A DNA stretch of 32,855 bases from an uncultured Chthonomonadaceae bacterium (GTDB taxonomy: Bacteria; Armatimonadota; Chthonomonadetes; Chthonomonadales; Chthonomonadaceae): contig CAWIEK010000020.1 in assembly GCA_963835065.1 (NCBI GenBank), positions 1 through 32,855 of the forward strand, given 5' to 3'. The translations under genes were made by a program, and so were the position numbers. The first letter of the stretch is position 1. Each line of letters starts with the position of its first letter. The notes below the pieces were generated by a model. That model had not been told where the DNA came from, searched no databases, and was given only the letters and a program-made list of their open reading frames with translations. Of the stretch, positions 1-9,656 are shown in pieces.

Positions 1-43
1 TTTGCTCAGTCTATCTCCGCCCACCTGACGTTTCCACCCACAT

Positions 44-94
44 AAAACGCCTTGTTCTGCTGCATTTTACTGCATAGGCACAACAAGGCGTTTT
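44..94. terminator. Inverted repeat, possible terminator downstream of the beta-barrel gene
   Basis: AAAACGCCTTGTT (44-56) and AACAAGGCGTTTT (82-94) form perfect 13-bp arms with A/T tails; the loop is long. Confidence 0.4.
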
Positions 95-209
95 TATATC
101 AGCCATCACGCGCAAAGCGCTGTCTGACCACCAAAAATCAACACGCCATTTACATCTATTTGCGTTCATTCGCGTGTATTTGCGGCTAATTCTTCTCTAT
201 GTGGCGCGG

Positions 210-1232
210 TTAGAAACCGAGGGACACGCTGAGAAGGGTTTCGCCGGGGCCATACGCGATGTTGAAATAGTGCCCTGCGCCCACGCCCAATGTCACGCGG
301 TTGCGGTACAGGCCGATGCGTCCCTGCACGTAGCGGAACGGGCTGTACTCCGCGCCCAGATTAAGCGCGGTATTGTTGCCGCCGATTTCGCCAATGTCGG
401 CGGCGAAAAGCAGCTTGCGGTTGCTGGTGCGGTACGCGGCTCCAACCGAAAGATTGGTCGGCATCACGTCCTGCCCGTTCATGCGCAGGTTAGGATGGAA
501 CACATCGCGCAGGGTCGCGCCCACAGAAATAGCGGGTGATACATGGTGCAGAACGCCCACATCCGCGCCAAACGCAAGGCTGGTGCGCCCGGTTGTCGTT
601 GTGACGGGCAGGGTGGCGTTGGTTCCATCGAAACGGACATTGATGCTTGTCGGCTGGTAATTGGTCAGCTTCAAATTAATGCCCGCTGAGGTGCGCGAAT
701 CAGTTTGTATGGCCGCGCTGGCAACGGTCTGGAACGCGATCACGGCATTGATGTTGGCCTGGCTGCCCGGTTCGGGAACCTGCTGCCCCTGAAAATTGAG
801 GTAGCGAAAGCCCACACCGCCCTGCGCATTGCGCGGAACCACCTGCCCGACCGCAAACGGCACAAACGACAGCGCGAAGCGGGGCGCGACAACCGCCGCA
901 TCTCCGCTTACATCCGCCTGCGTGATGCCGTTCCCCGCTCGCCGCGCAAACGCGATCTGCCCGGCGGTACTGGAGGGGAAGTGATTGAGCAATGTATCGG
1001 CGGAAAGCGGCCCGGTCAGGCGGGCGTTCAAATCCGGCAGGGCGGCATGAAAGTGGTGCAGTTGGGCAAGCCCCGCCGGGTTCCAGTAGGGCGCATACGC
1101 ATCATCGGCGACAGCGGTATACGCGCCGCCCATGCCCAATGCGCGAGCGCCCAATCCAAGCTGCGCAAAGGACGGCAGTGACAAACCAACCAGGCTCAAA
1201 GTAAGCAGGGAAAGCAAGACAAATCGGGACAT
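210..1232 (-). CDS. Outer-membrane beta-barrel protein (PorV/PorQ/TraF/FadL-like N-terminus)
   Basis: Signal peptide from ATG 1232 (MSRFVLLSLL...SFAQ), the motif GARALGMGGAYTAVADDAYAPYWNPAGLA, alternating beta-strands and a C-terminal Phe. Confidence 0.8.
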   Translation of the reverse strand: MSRFVLLSLLTLSLVGLSLPSFAQLGLGARALGMGGAYTAVADDAYAPYWNPAGLAQLHHFHAALPDLNARLTGPLSADTLLNHFPSSTAGQIAFARRAGNGITQADVSGDAAVVAPRFALSFVPFAVGQVVPRNAQGGVGFRYLNFQGQQVPEPGSQANINAVIAFQTVASAAIQTDSRTSAGINLKLTNYQPTSINVRFDGTNATLPVTTTTGRTSLAFGADVGVLHHVSPAISVGATLRDVFHPNLRMNGQDVMPTNLSVGAAYRTSNRKLLFAADIGEIGGNNTALNLGAEYSPFRYVQGRIGLYRNRVTLGVGAGHYFNIAYGPGETLLSVSLGF

Positions 1233-1371
1233 GACAACTCCTGAAGCGGCAAAGCAAAAGTAGCGAACCAAGCTCGTCCATGAGGTAGCGAACTACAACG
1301 TGGTTCAGAAACGGGGAGGAATGTAAATCAACATTCCATTATCGGCAGGTCAAATCAAAAACTGGAGTCAC

Positions 1372-1515
1372 TATTCACCACCAAGACACCAGGAACACCA
1401 AGAAAGACGAGAAGAAGGACGTTGTAAATTGCAGAAGATGTCAAGCACTTCGCGCGTTATGATCCTTTGTTGTTATCTGCTTTACTTGGTGTTCTTGGCG
1501 ACTTGGTGGTGAATA
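1372..1515. repeat. Palindromic MITE-like element, CACCAAG family, copy 1
   Basis: TATTCACCACCAAGACACCAGGAACACCAAG ... CTTGGTGTTCTTGGCGACTTGGTGGTGAATA; the same arms occur at 19856-20006. Confidence 0.85.
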
Positions 1516-1606
1516 ATCAAAAATTGGCGTTGTCTTTTCGTTTATTTCGCGTCTTTAGCGGTTCCGTCTCCCCTTCCCCTCTTCTCCTTTTCTCCTTTTC
1601 TTCCTT

Positions 1607-4412
1607 TCACTGTGGGTTGAGAGCCGCGCGCAGGGCGGCGTAGGGAGCGGTCACGGACGCGCAGTATTGGGGCAGGCGCGCGTACTGTTTTGCCGGATAC
1701 AGGCATTGCCACGGAGCGCCTGCCGCCTGCCGCGTTTGCAGGGATTGTACGAACTCGTCAAGCATCTGTTCGGCGGCGGGGCGATCCACGCGCATCAGGG
1801 CAGCGATGTACCAGCCGGCGGGAAAGCCCCAGTACGCGCCGTTCTGGTACGTATCGGGCGGCGTCGAAGTCTGCTCCCAATAGCCCCCGTACGGACCGGA
1901 CGGCAGCAAGGGGCGCACATGCCCTTCCACAACCGTTCCACCGGCCTGATACACAATCCGCAAGTGCTGCGCGACGGCAACCGCGGTGCGCGTCCGTACC
2001 GCGCCAATCGCAACCGCGTAGGCCGACGCCCAAATGTCGTCTTTATGTCCCTGCCCCGTTGCCGAGTACAGCATCCCCACGTCCTTGCCGTTTTCCTTGT
2101 CCAATGGGTGATAAAAGGCGTTGGCGATGGCAAGGGGCAGATCGCGGGCAATCTGGTCGTATTTGGCGATCTGAGTCCGGTCATTCAGGGCGGCAAACAG
2201 CAGCACCAAATCTTTGGCCGCGCGCCACCGCAGCACGGAAGGCATCAGGCACGCCCCGGTTTTGTGAACCGTGTCGGCAAATCCCCAATCCACGCGCCAG
2301 TCTGTCGGCCCGTTCCCTACCACGACCAGGCCGTTCGCGTCCACTTCCACGCTGTCAAAAGCGCGGGTGCAGGCTTCGGCAACGGTTTCGGTTCCCCACG
2401 CCGTTTTCACCTGTGACCCAAGCAGCGCCCCGTTCCCGGTCTGGCGCAGGTGTTCGCGTACCATTTGTATAAAGTAGAACGGATTGTCGGCGGGCGGCAG
2501 AAAGCCGAACTTGCCATCCCCCTGATCGTAGCCCGCGCCCGCCCCCGGAAACCAGCAGGGTTCACCCGACAGCGTTAAATGGTCGGGGATGCTGTACGGC
2601 GGCACGGACAGGCCGTTGGCAAGTTTTAGGCCGTCCGGCCCCGCCTGCGTGGAAGCCACCAGCCGCGCCCACCCCGCAACCTCGTCAGCAGCGATCAAGT
2701 CCGGCCCAAGCATCAGCGCGGCGTCTCGAATAGAAAACACTTTTTGCGTTTGACCGCCATCGGGCAGGCGAACGGTGAGGATGTTGGGTGTTGGGTATTG
2801 GGTGTTGGGAGACGAACTTTTTGTTGATGGCTTCTCTGCTGTTCCCTGTTCCCTGTCACCTGTCACCTGTGCCCTGTTCCCTGTTCCCTCTCTTCCTGCA
2901 ATCGTAGTGCGGGCGGCGGCGAGGGTTGTTTTGGCGATGGCAAGCAATTTTTCGCTTTGGGCGGTCAGATGGTCGGCTTGCTGCGCGGTTTGCTGGACGG
3001 TTTTGTTCACGTCCAGAGTGGGCGGGCGAACCACCGTAATGTTGTTGACCGCCGCGTTGAGCAGGGCGGAATTGGCGGTGTTGAGCGCCAGCAAAATTTG
3101 CGGCGTTCGCGTGGGTGACAGCGAAAAGGGGGCTTGCGTCGGGTTGTTCGGGTCGTACTCCCAGGACCAGAGCGCGACAAGCGGCGCATCCGATGTTTGG
3201 GCGCGGCGCAAATAGTCCAGCAGCCAGGGCGCGGCCTGCTCCTTGCCTCCCGCGACCACTTTCTGCCCGACTTCCCCGATGAACAACGGTTTTTTCAGGC
3301 TGTCCGCCGCGTACTGCGTCCAGGGCATCCGCAGGGCGTGAAGGCCGTCCTCGACAAGCCACGATGCCCCCCCGTTGTAAGTGGCCGTATCGGGCTTATC
3401 GGGCGGGTATTGGTGGGCACTGAGAATGTCCACGTTCGGCGGATTAAAAAAACCGAAAATTTGCTGGTACTCCGCGAACGTGTCCGAAGTCCAGTCGGGA
3501 GTGAAATCAAGCGCGTGGCCTGCGTTGCGTCCCGCCAGCATCGCTTCGCGCAGATGCAGGGCGGACGGGCGCATATCGCCGTTGCCGGACGTGACATAAT
3601 GCTTTTTGTCAAGGGAATGGATTCGGGCGGCAATCTGCGCGAGAAACGCCCGCACCTGATCTGACGTAACCACATCACCGGGAGCGCGATTGTTGACTTT
3701 CGTAGACAAATCAGCTTCCAGATTGTACTCGTTGCCGATTTCCCAGAACAACACGCGCGGGTCGTTCTTGTAACGAGTCACGATGGCGGTCACATACTCC
3801 AGCGCAAGATCGTTGGAGCGCGTACCGGGCGTCAGATATTGCGACAGGGATTCAGGCTTGCCGTTTGCGCGTCCCACATACTCGCGCAGCATGTTGACGT
3901 TGAACAGCAGTGAGGGTACGATTGCCATGTCCGCGTTGTCCGCCGCTTCCAGCATCCGGTCGAACGCATTAAGCCAGCCCTCCCGATTGGTTTCAAACGC
4001 GCCGAAACCTGCCGCGCTCCACGTCGTGCCCCAGCAGCGCGCCAGATGGACGCCCGCCCCTCGCGCATCCGCCAACGCCTGCACTCCGCTCGCGTCCTCG
4101 CCGCGTAAAAACCGCTCGAACAAATCCGGGATATTGACTCCGACATTGCGATACGCCACTTTGCCCAGGTTCAGGCGCGTCTTGACCTTCAATTTTCAGG
4201 AAAAAGCGCGGCGTCTGCTTGTCCAGCGTCGGTGACTTCCCCGCCTGCGTTCGCGCGGTTGTGCCTTTTGGCGCGGTTGTTTCTTTTTGTCTCGCTGAAT
4301 TCGCCGGCTTTTCGGGCGCGGTCTGAGCCAGAGCCAGAGCGTTTGCGGCCTGCCAAAATAGAATAAGGAAAAAGCAGAGGGAAAAGCGAATGATTGGCGT
4401 ATGTTTGTTCAT
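1607..4412 (-). CDS. Secreted GH5-like glycoside hydrolase fused to a C-terminal six-hairpin glycosidase-like domain; frameshift near 4185
   Basis: A signal peptide ORF from 4412 (…FFLKIEG) joins ORF 1607-4192 (RLNLGKVAYRNVGVN) through a one-base shift. Clan GH-A motifs WEIGNE and FIGEVG are present, with YQNGAYW in the C-terminal domain. Confidence 0.75.
2782..2887. repeat. In-frame heptamer tandem repeats inside the GH5 gene
   Basis: (TRTTGGG)x4 at 2782-2809 and CTGTTCC-like x7 at 2839-2887. Confidence 0.85.
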
Positions 4413-4450
4413 GCGAAACAGGCTATCCTTTTATGTATAGGTTTGCGGGT

Positions 4451-4588
4451 TGGGCGATGGGCTGAACCCCTTCGCTGTATGGCGTTCCGCCGACTGTCCT
4501 TCGGACAGAACCCTCTTTTAGAAAACAAGCGTGTCCGAAGGACACTGGGCCGCAGGCCATACAGCGAAGGGGTTCAGCCCGTCGCCCA
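4451..4588. repeat. REPIN/MITE-like nested palindrome
   Basis: 33-bp outer arms TGGGCGATGGGCTGAACCCCTTCGCTGTATGGC with one mismatch, plus inner arms TGTCCTTCGGACA/TGTCCGAAGGACA. Confidence 0.85.
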
Positions 4589-4639
4589 CTACGCTAAACT
4601 TGTGATCAAGTGTTGTATTTATCTGTAAGAGAAACGCCC

Positions 4640-7273
4640 ATGCAGAAAATCTACTCTTCTTTATCGTGTACGCTGCTATTTACGCTGCTTTGGAGCGGGC
4701 TGTTTGCAGGGCTTGCTTTTGCCGCGCCGCCTGCGCCCGTGACGGCAACGGAAGACGCCGCCCGCATTGTTATGGACAACGGCATCGCGCGACTGGAAGT
4801 TTCCAAAGCGAAGGGCAATATCGTGTCGGTTCGGTATCGGCACGACGGGCAGGATACGGAAATCAGCAAAACCATGTACACGTCGGCCAGCGCCGGTCCG
4901 ACGGATCGCAACGCGCCCCAGCCGCCGCGCGGCTCCATCCAAACGCAGCAAAATCGCCCGCCCCATCTGGCGCAAAATACGCCCGAAATCGCGGACGTTC
5001 AAATAGAAAGCGGCCCCAATCCGACGTTCCCCTTCCATACGGAAACGCACTACCTTCTAATGCGCGGTCAGAGCGGATTTTACGCCTATCAGATTTACTC
5101 GCGTACCGCCGACTTACCGGCAGCCACGATTGGCGAGGCGCGGTTCGTTATCAAAGGCTTGCCCGGCACGAGCGTTTTCACCGACCATGTTGTGGATGCG
5201 CAGCGTATGGGGCCGGTCAACACATCGCCCGTCGCGCAGCAGGTTTCGGACGCGACGTTTCTGCTTCAGGACGGCTCCATTTACACCAAGTACGACAATT
5301 CGGCGTTCATGGCCGACCACTATGTTCATGGCATGACAGGGCACGGCATCGGGCTGTGGATGCTCAACGCCAGCAACGAGTTCGTCAACGGCGGGCCGCT
5401 GAAACAGGAATTGACGGTACACGCCGACAACACCCTCCTCAACATGCTGCAAGGGGCGCACTTCGGTTCGGGCGTCCTGAACTTCAAGGCGGGCGAAACA
5501 TGGACGAAATTTTACGGCCCGTGTTTCGTGTATCTGAACAGTGGCGCGACCACGCAGGCGATGTATCAGGATGCGCTGCGCCGCGTGGAAACCGAACGCG
5601 CCCAATGGCCGTATGCGTGGGTCAGCCATCCCGCGTATCCCATTCTGCGCGGCAGCGTGACGGGGCAAATCAAACTCACGGACGGCACAAGCGCAAGGGG
5701 CGCGTGGATCGTTCTCGCGGCGGCAAGCGATTCGCCGCAAACGGATTGGACGCAGCAGGGCAAGGGCTATGAGTTCTGGACGCGGGCGGGTGCGGACGGC
5801 AGATTCACCATTCCCAAAGTGCGCCCCGGCGCGTACACGCTGTACGCCTGCGGCGCAAACCAGTTCGCGCAGTTCCACAAGGATGGGGTTACCATTCAGG
5901 CCGGGGAAACGAACACTCTGGGCGTCTTGGATTGGCAGCCCGTCACGCATGGCAAAACGCTGTGGCAGATCGGCGTGGCAGACCGGGGCACAACCGAGTT
6001 CCATGACGGCAACAATGTCCGTCACTTCGCCAACTACCTGCGCTACGCCAGAGATTTTCCCGGCGACGTGACGTTCACCATCGGCAAAAGCCGCGAAGAC
6101 CGGGACTGGAATTACGCGCAATGGACGTGGTACAGCAAGCGGCCTTACTGGGCGATTGATTTCGACCTGCCGCAATCGCAAACAGGCACAGCCACACTCA
6201 CGTTCGGCATTGCCGCTTCCAATCCTGCGCATGGCGGGTCGAACACCATTCAAATCAAAGTCAACGGGCGCGATGCGGGAACCTTGCATCTTGCCAAATC
6301 CGGCCCCGCCGCGTATCGCAGCGGCGGGCAGGACAGCCTGTACCGCGTGGAAACCGTCACGTTCGACGCCGCGTTGCTCAAAGCCGGAGCCAATGAAATC
6401 ACGCTCGGCCACGCCGACGCGCAGCCGCTTCCCACCCCGGAGGAGCAGAAAAAAGGGCAAGTAGGCGCGGTAATGTACGACGCGATCCGGCTGGAAGTGG
6501 AACCGAAGGAAGGCGAAGCAAAGACCACGCAGGAAAGCGGAAATTTGCCCGCGAATACGCGAAGATTGCCGACCCTGTTCCTCATCGGCGATTCGACAGT
6601 GAAGAACCATACGAAAGGCTTGGCGGGGTGGGGCGATTCGATTGGAGCGTGGTTCGATACGTCGCGCCTGCGCGTGGAAAACGAGGCGTTGGGCGGGCGC
6701 AGCAGCCGGACGTTTCTCACGGAAGGCTTGTGGGACAAGGTTCTCGCCAAAATGCAGCCGGGAGATTTCGTGCTGATGCAGTTCGGGCACAACGACGGCG
6801 GCAGCATCGCCACAAGTTACCGCGCCTCCCTGAAAGGCAACGGCGAGGAAACGCAGGAAGCGACGGACGCCAAAACCGGCAAGCAAGAAACCGTCCATTC
6901 CTATGGCTGGTACATGCGCCGCTATATCGCCGACGCGAAACGCAAGGGCGCAACCCCCATTGTGCTTTCCCTCGTGCCCCGCAACATCTGGAAACCGGAT
7001 AATACGATAGGCCGCGCGTCCAATGATTACGGCAAGTGGGCGCAGGAAGCCGCCCTGTCCGAAAACGTCGCCTTTGTAGACTTGAACGACATTGTAGCCA
7101 AGCATTACGAGGCGCTCGGCCCGGACAAAGTGAAGGCAATGTACTTTCCCGGCGACCACACCCATACCAATCAAGCGGGCGCGGAACTTAACGCGGCTTC
7201 GGTTGTGGAAGGCTTACGAATGCTCAAGAACTGTCCTTTAGCCCCATACCTGCGGGAGAAACTCCAGCATTAG
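4640..7273 (+). CDS. Rhamnogalacturonan endolyase (PL4) fused to a GDSL rhamnogalacturonan acetylesterase (CE12)
   Basis: Signal peptide; PL4-like motifs TKYD, NEFVNGGPLKQEL, GAHFG, WQIG and YDAIRLE; C-terminal SGNH blocks LIGDSTV, GRSSRTF, QFGHND and DHTH. Confidence 0.85.
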   Translation: MQKIYSSLSCTLLFTLLWSGLFAGLAFAAPPAPVTATEDAARIVMDNGIARLEVSKAKGNIVSVRYRHDGQDTEISKTMYTSASAGPTDRNAPQPPRGSIQTQQNRPPHLAQNTPEIADVQIESGPNPTFPFHTETHYLLMRGQSGFYAYQIYSRTADLPAATIGEARFVIKGLPGTSVFTDHVVDAQRMGPVNTSPVAQQVSDATFLLQDGSIYTKYDNSAFMADHYVHGMTGHGIGLWMLNASNEFVNGGPLKQELTVHADNTLLNMLQGAHFGSGVLNFKAGETWTKFYGPCFVYLNSGATTQAMYQDALRRVETERAQWPYAWVSHPAYPILRGSVTGQIKLTDGTSARGAWIVLAAASDSPQTDWTQQGKGYEFWTRAGADGRFTIPKVRPGAYTLYACGANQFAQFHKDGVTIQAGETNTLGVLDWQPVTHGKTLWQIGVADRGTTEFHDGNNVRHFANYLRYARDFPGDVTFTIGKSREDRDWNYAQWTWYSKRPYWAIDFDLPQSQTGTATLTFGIAASNPAHGGSNTIQIKVNGRDAGTLHLAKSGPAAYRSGGQDSLYRVETVTFDAALLKAGANEITLGHADAQPLPTPEEQKKGQVGAVMYDAIRLEVEPKEGEAKTTQESGNLPANTRRLPTLFLIGDSTVKNHTKGLAGWGDSIGAWFDTSRLRVENEALGGRSSRTFLTEGLWDKVLAKMQPGDFVLMQFGHNDGGSIATSYRASLKGNGEETQEATDAKTGKQETVHSYGWYMRRYIADAKRKGATPIVLSLVPRNIWKPDNTIGRASNDYGKWAQEAALSENVAFVDLNDIVAKHYEALGPDKVKAMYFPGDHTHTNQAGAELNAASVVEGLRMLKNCPLAPYLREKLQH

Positions 7274-7351
7274 AGCCTATCCCGATAGGCTTGGTATCCG
7301 CGTCCGCAGGACGCTTGCACTTTCCTGCCGGGTATTTTCAATGCCCGGCCT
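7273..7351 (-). repeat. Partial copy of the GAGCCTATCC/CCGGG-ATTGAAAAT-CCCGG MITE family
   Basis: Reverse-complement match to about 17222-17300; it supplies part of the TAG stop of the PL4 gene. Confidence 0.8.
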
Positions 7352-7364
7352 GCTGGTTCTTCCA

Positions 7365-7688
7365 TTAGTTGGTGGGGCGAAGTTTGTAGGTCAGATGATT
7401 CAGGCTGGTGAGCAGTTCCGGCAACTTGGAGGAAAGATGGCCTTCCTGCTCCCCCGACGGCAGCGCCTTCCATTGAATGACAAGCGATTCCAGCATCCTG
7501 TCGGGAACCTGCTTTTGCTGCTCCATGGGAAGCCGCTGCAGCAGCGTCCGGCAGCGTTTCAAAAAGTGCTGTTCGCACAGGCGCTTGCCCGGTTCCAGCG
7601 GCAGCGCGGTAGCAAGGGGCTGCCAGCTTCCCTCCTGCTCCGAGGCGGAAGGCAGGTAAAAATCATAGTGAGCGGGTGTCGTGTCCAT
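7365..7688 (-). CDS. Hypothetical protein (107 aa)
   Basis: ATG start with AGGAG upstream; helical composition; no recognised motif. Confidence 0.55.
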   Translation of the reverse strand: MDTTPAHYDFYLPSASEQEGSWQPLATALPLEPGKRLCEQHFLKRCRTLLQRLPMEQQKQVPDRMLESLVIQWKALPSGEQEGHLSSKLPELLTSLNHLTYKLRPTN

Positions 7689-7868
7689 AAATATAGTGTT
7701 CTCCTGCTTTGTATACGCGCGCAGCAGGCAGAAGGTTGTTAATAAGTAACCACAAACGTGTGGCTTCGGTTCTATAACCGGGTAAGCGGCAATTCATCTC
7801 AACTCCGAAAAAGGCCAAAGTCCAGATAATAGGGAAGTCATGATGGAGCATCGTGGAGGAAATATGTG

Positions 7869-8183
7869 ATGGCGCAAGTAACATCCAGTACGACTACACC
7901 GCGTCAAGTTCCTCAAGACTATGACCGGAACAGTTCTGTTGTTATGGAGAACGTTGGCAAGGTAACAGAGATGAACCGGGAGTTCGATATGGCCTTCTGG
8001 CAGGCACAGGATGCTTCCGCGCGGTTCCGGGCGGCTTGGGAGCAGGTTGAGTTTTATTACTCCCTGAAGGGTTTACCGAAAGATGAACTCCGACTTCAGA
8101 GATATGTTGAAGCGCTTCGAGAAAAATCAGGTATAGGTATCTTACCGCAGGAGTTGAAAAATGGCACAAGCAAAAATTTTTGA
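7869..8183 (+). CDS. Small hypothetical protein of the type often found before nucleotidyltransferases (antitoxin-like)
   Basis: GGAGGA RBS; motif FDMAFWQAQ..ARFRAAWE...LRLQR. The family assignment is from recall and unverified. Confidence 0.55.
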   Translation: MAQVTSSTTTPRQVPQDYDRNSSVVMENVGKVTEMNREFDMAFWQAQDASARFRAAWEQVEFYYSLKGLPKDELRLQRYVEALREKSGIGILPQELKNGTSKNF

Positions 8184-8427
8184 AGGAACCTGGGAAGAGT
8201 TGACGGCTCATGCGAACGAGTTTCGGGGTTATCCGAAGTTGACACTGATTGCTCCTGAACCAAGTGCGCAGGCTGCAAATCATTATCAGGCCGAGATTAC
8301 CCCCGAACAGCGAATACGGATGCTGGACGCCCTCGCCGAGCGTAACCGCAACCTTCCGGCCCTCCCTGAAGAAGCATTTGACCGTGAGAACCTGTACGCT
8401 GACGAAGAGGAGCAAGGCGTGTGCTGA
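8161..8427 (+). CDS. Putative antitoxin of a VapBC-type pair
   Basis: AGGAG RBS; 88-aa acidic protein ending in AFDRENLY; overlaps the start of the PIN gene. Confidence 0.65.
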   Translation: MAQAKIFEGTWEELTAHANEFRGYPKLTLIAPEPSAQAANHYQAEITPEQRIRMLDALAERNRNLPALPEEAFDRENLYADEEEQGVC

Positions 8428-8645
8428 TAGCTTATCTTGCCGATACCAATGTCGCTACCCGGCGCGTCCTTACGCAAGACCCCGCTCATGGTGAGATTAA
8501 GCGCGCTGTAGATACACTGCTTCTGCGCGGCGAAACGGTTGTTATCAAAAATGCCCTTCTTCTGAAACTTAATCATCTCGATACCTGTCTACTAACAAAG
8601 AGAAACATCTTTGTTGAGGGATGTGCAGGAGAGCAAGGAAGTTGA
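8421..8645 (+). pseudogene. vapC: Truncated PIN-domain (VapC) toxin
   Basis: N-terminal YLADTNV motif and first helix up to GETVVI (~8546); the remaining PIN acidic residues are absent and AT-richer DNA follows. Confidence 0.7.
8564..8591 (+). promoter_or_regulatory. Putative ECF sigma (sigmaE-like) promoter for the HNH operon
   Basis: GAAACTT-N16-GTCTA about 30 bp before ATG 8621. Confidence 0.5.
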
Positions 8646-9638
8646 ATAGGAACAGAGAACGGAAAAAGCGGTTATACGATACATTCGCCGCAAATCTGGC
8701 GCTATATTGGGGCGACAGCAACGACCGATTTATTTGTCCGCTTTGCATGCGGCTTTTTGATCGTGATTCCATTGATCATCTCGATCTAGCGCATATTGTT
8801 CCCAATGCTCTCGGAGGTAGTAAAGTTACGCTAACCTGTAAGCAGTGTAATAATCGTATTGGTGAAGAGATTGAGTGTCATGAAGTAGAAGCGGCCCGTA
8901 TGGAACAAGCCTTCAAGAGCAAGGAGAGCAAGCCCATGCTAGGACGTATTCGGCTTCGCTATAATGGGCAAGAAAGTGGAAGCGTTGGCATTACCATGAA
9001 CGGTGTCATGGGTGATACTATGCCCGAGCTCTACGTAAAACCCGTTGATAAAATGTCTGATCCCGCTGAAATACAAAGAATTCATCAGATGCTCGAGCAG
9101 GCGGCGAAGAACGGCGGAGATTGGGGAATAGAACTTGAATGGCGCAACCGTGTTGACCCACACAGGGCACAACTCACGTATCTGCACATCGCTTATCTAT
9201 ACCTGTTTCACCAGTTCGGTTACGAGTGGACGCTCGACCCCTGTACTGTCCTGATACGGGAGCAATTTCAGCGGCACGGATGAGGAACTTATCAACGTCC
9301 GTCTATTAAAGGCAACTCCTGATCAAGAACACCCGCAAACGTGGGGAGTAAACATCATTTACGCTCCTGAAGAGGCACTTGGATTGTTGGTCACAGTTCC
9401 TCCTATGCAACATCTGGGAGCATGGGCAACCGTTTGGATGCCGCTATTCGGATGCAGTTACAATCCGCCAGCGACGTTTGCAGGCTCGTTTTCACTAACT
9501 TCACTTGCAGATTTACATTCGATGTTAAACGAATCTGATGCCAGGCTCAGAGGGCATCGTGTAATTACGGATGTAATCCGTCGAAAAGCGCCTGATTTGT
9601 TTGCCCGTCTGCAAAGTACGCAATCAGCGAGAACATGA
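8621..9638 (+). CDS. HNH endonuclease with a long C-terminal extension; frameshift near 9276
   Basis: CPLC...HIVPNALGG...TCKQCNN. Removing one base at ~9276 gives QRPDEELINV… and an open frame through ORF 9384-9638. Confidence 0.75.
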
Positions 9639-9656
9639 CTTGGAACGGAGGGTAAA

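Noticed and set aside
5114..7174. Long antisense ORFs (also 11398-12915, 15323-16267, 21160-22062, 22259-23200)
   Set aside because: They are shadow frames of well-supported GC-rich genes and lack motifs.
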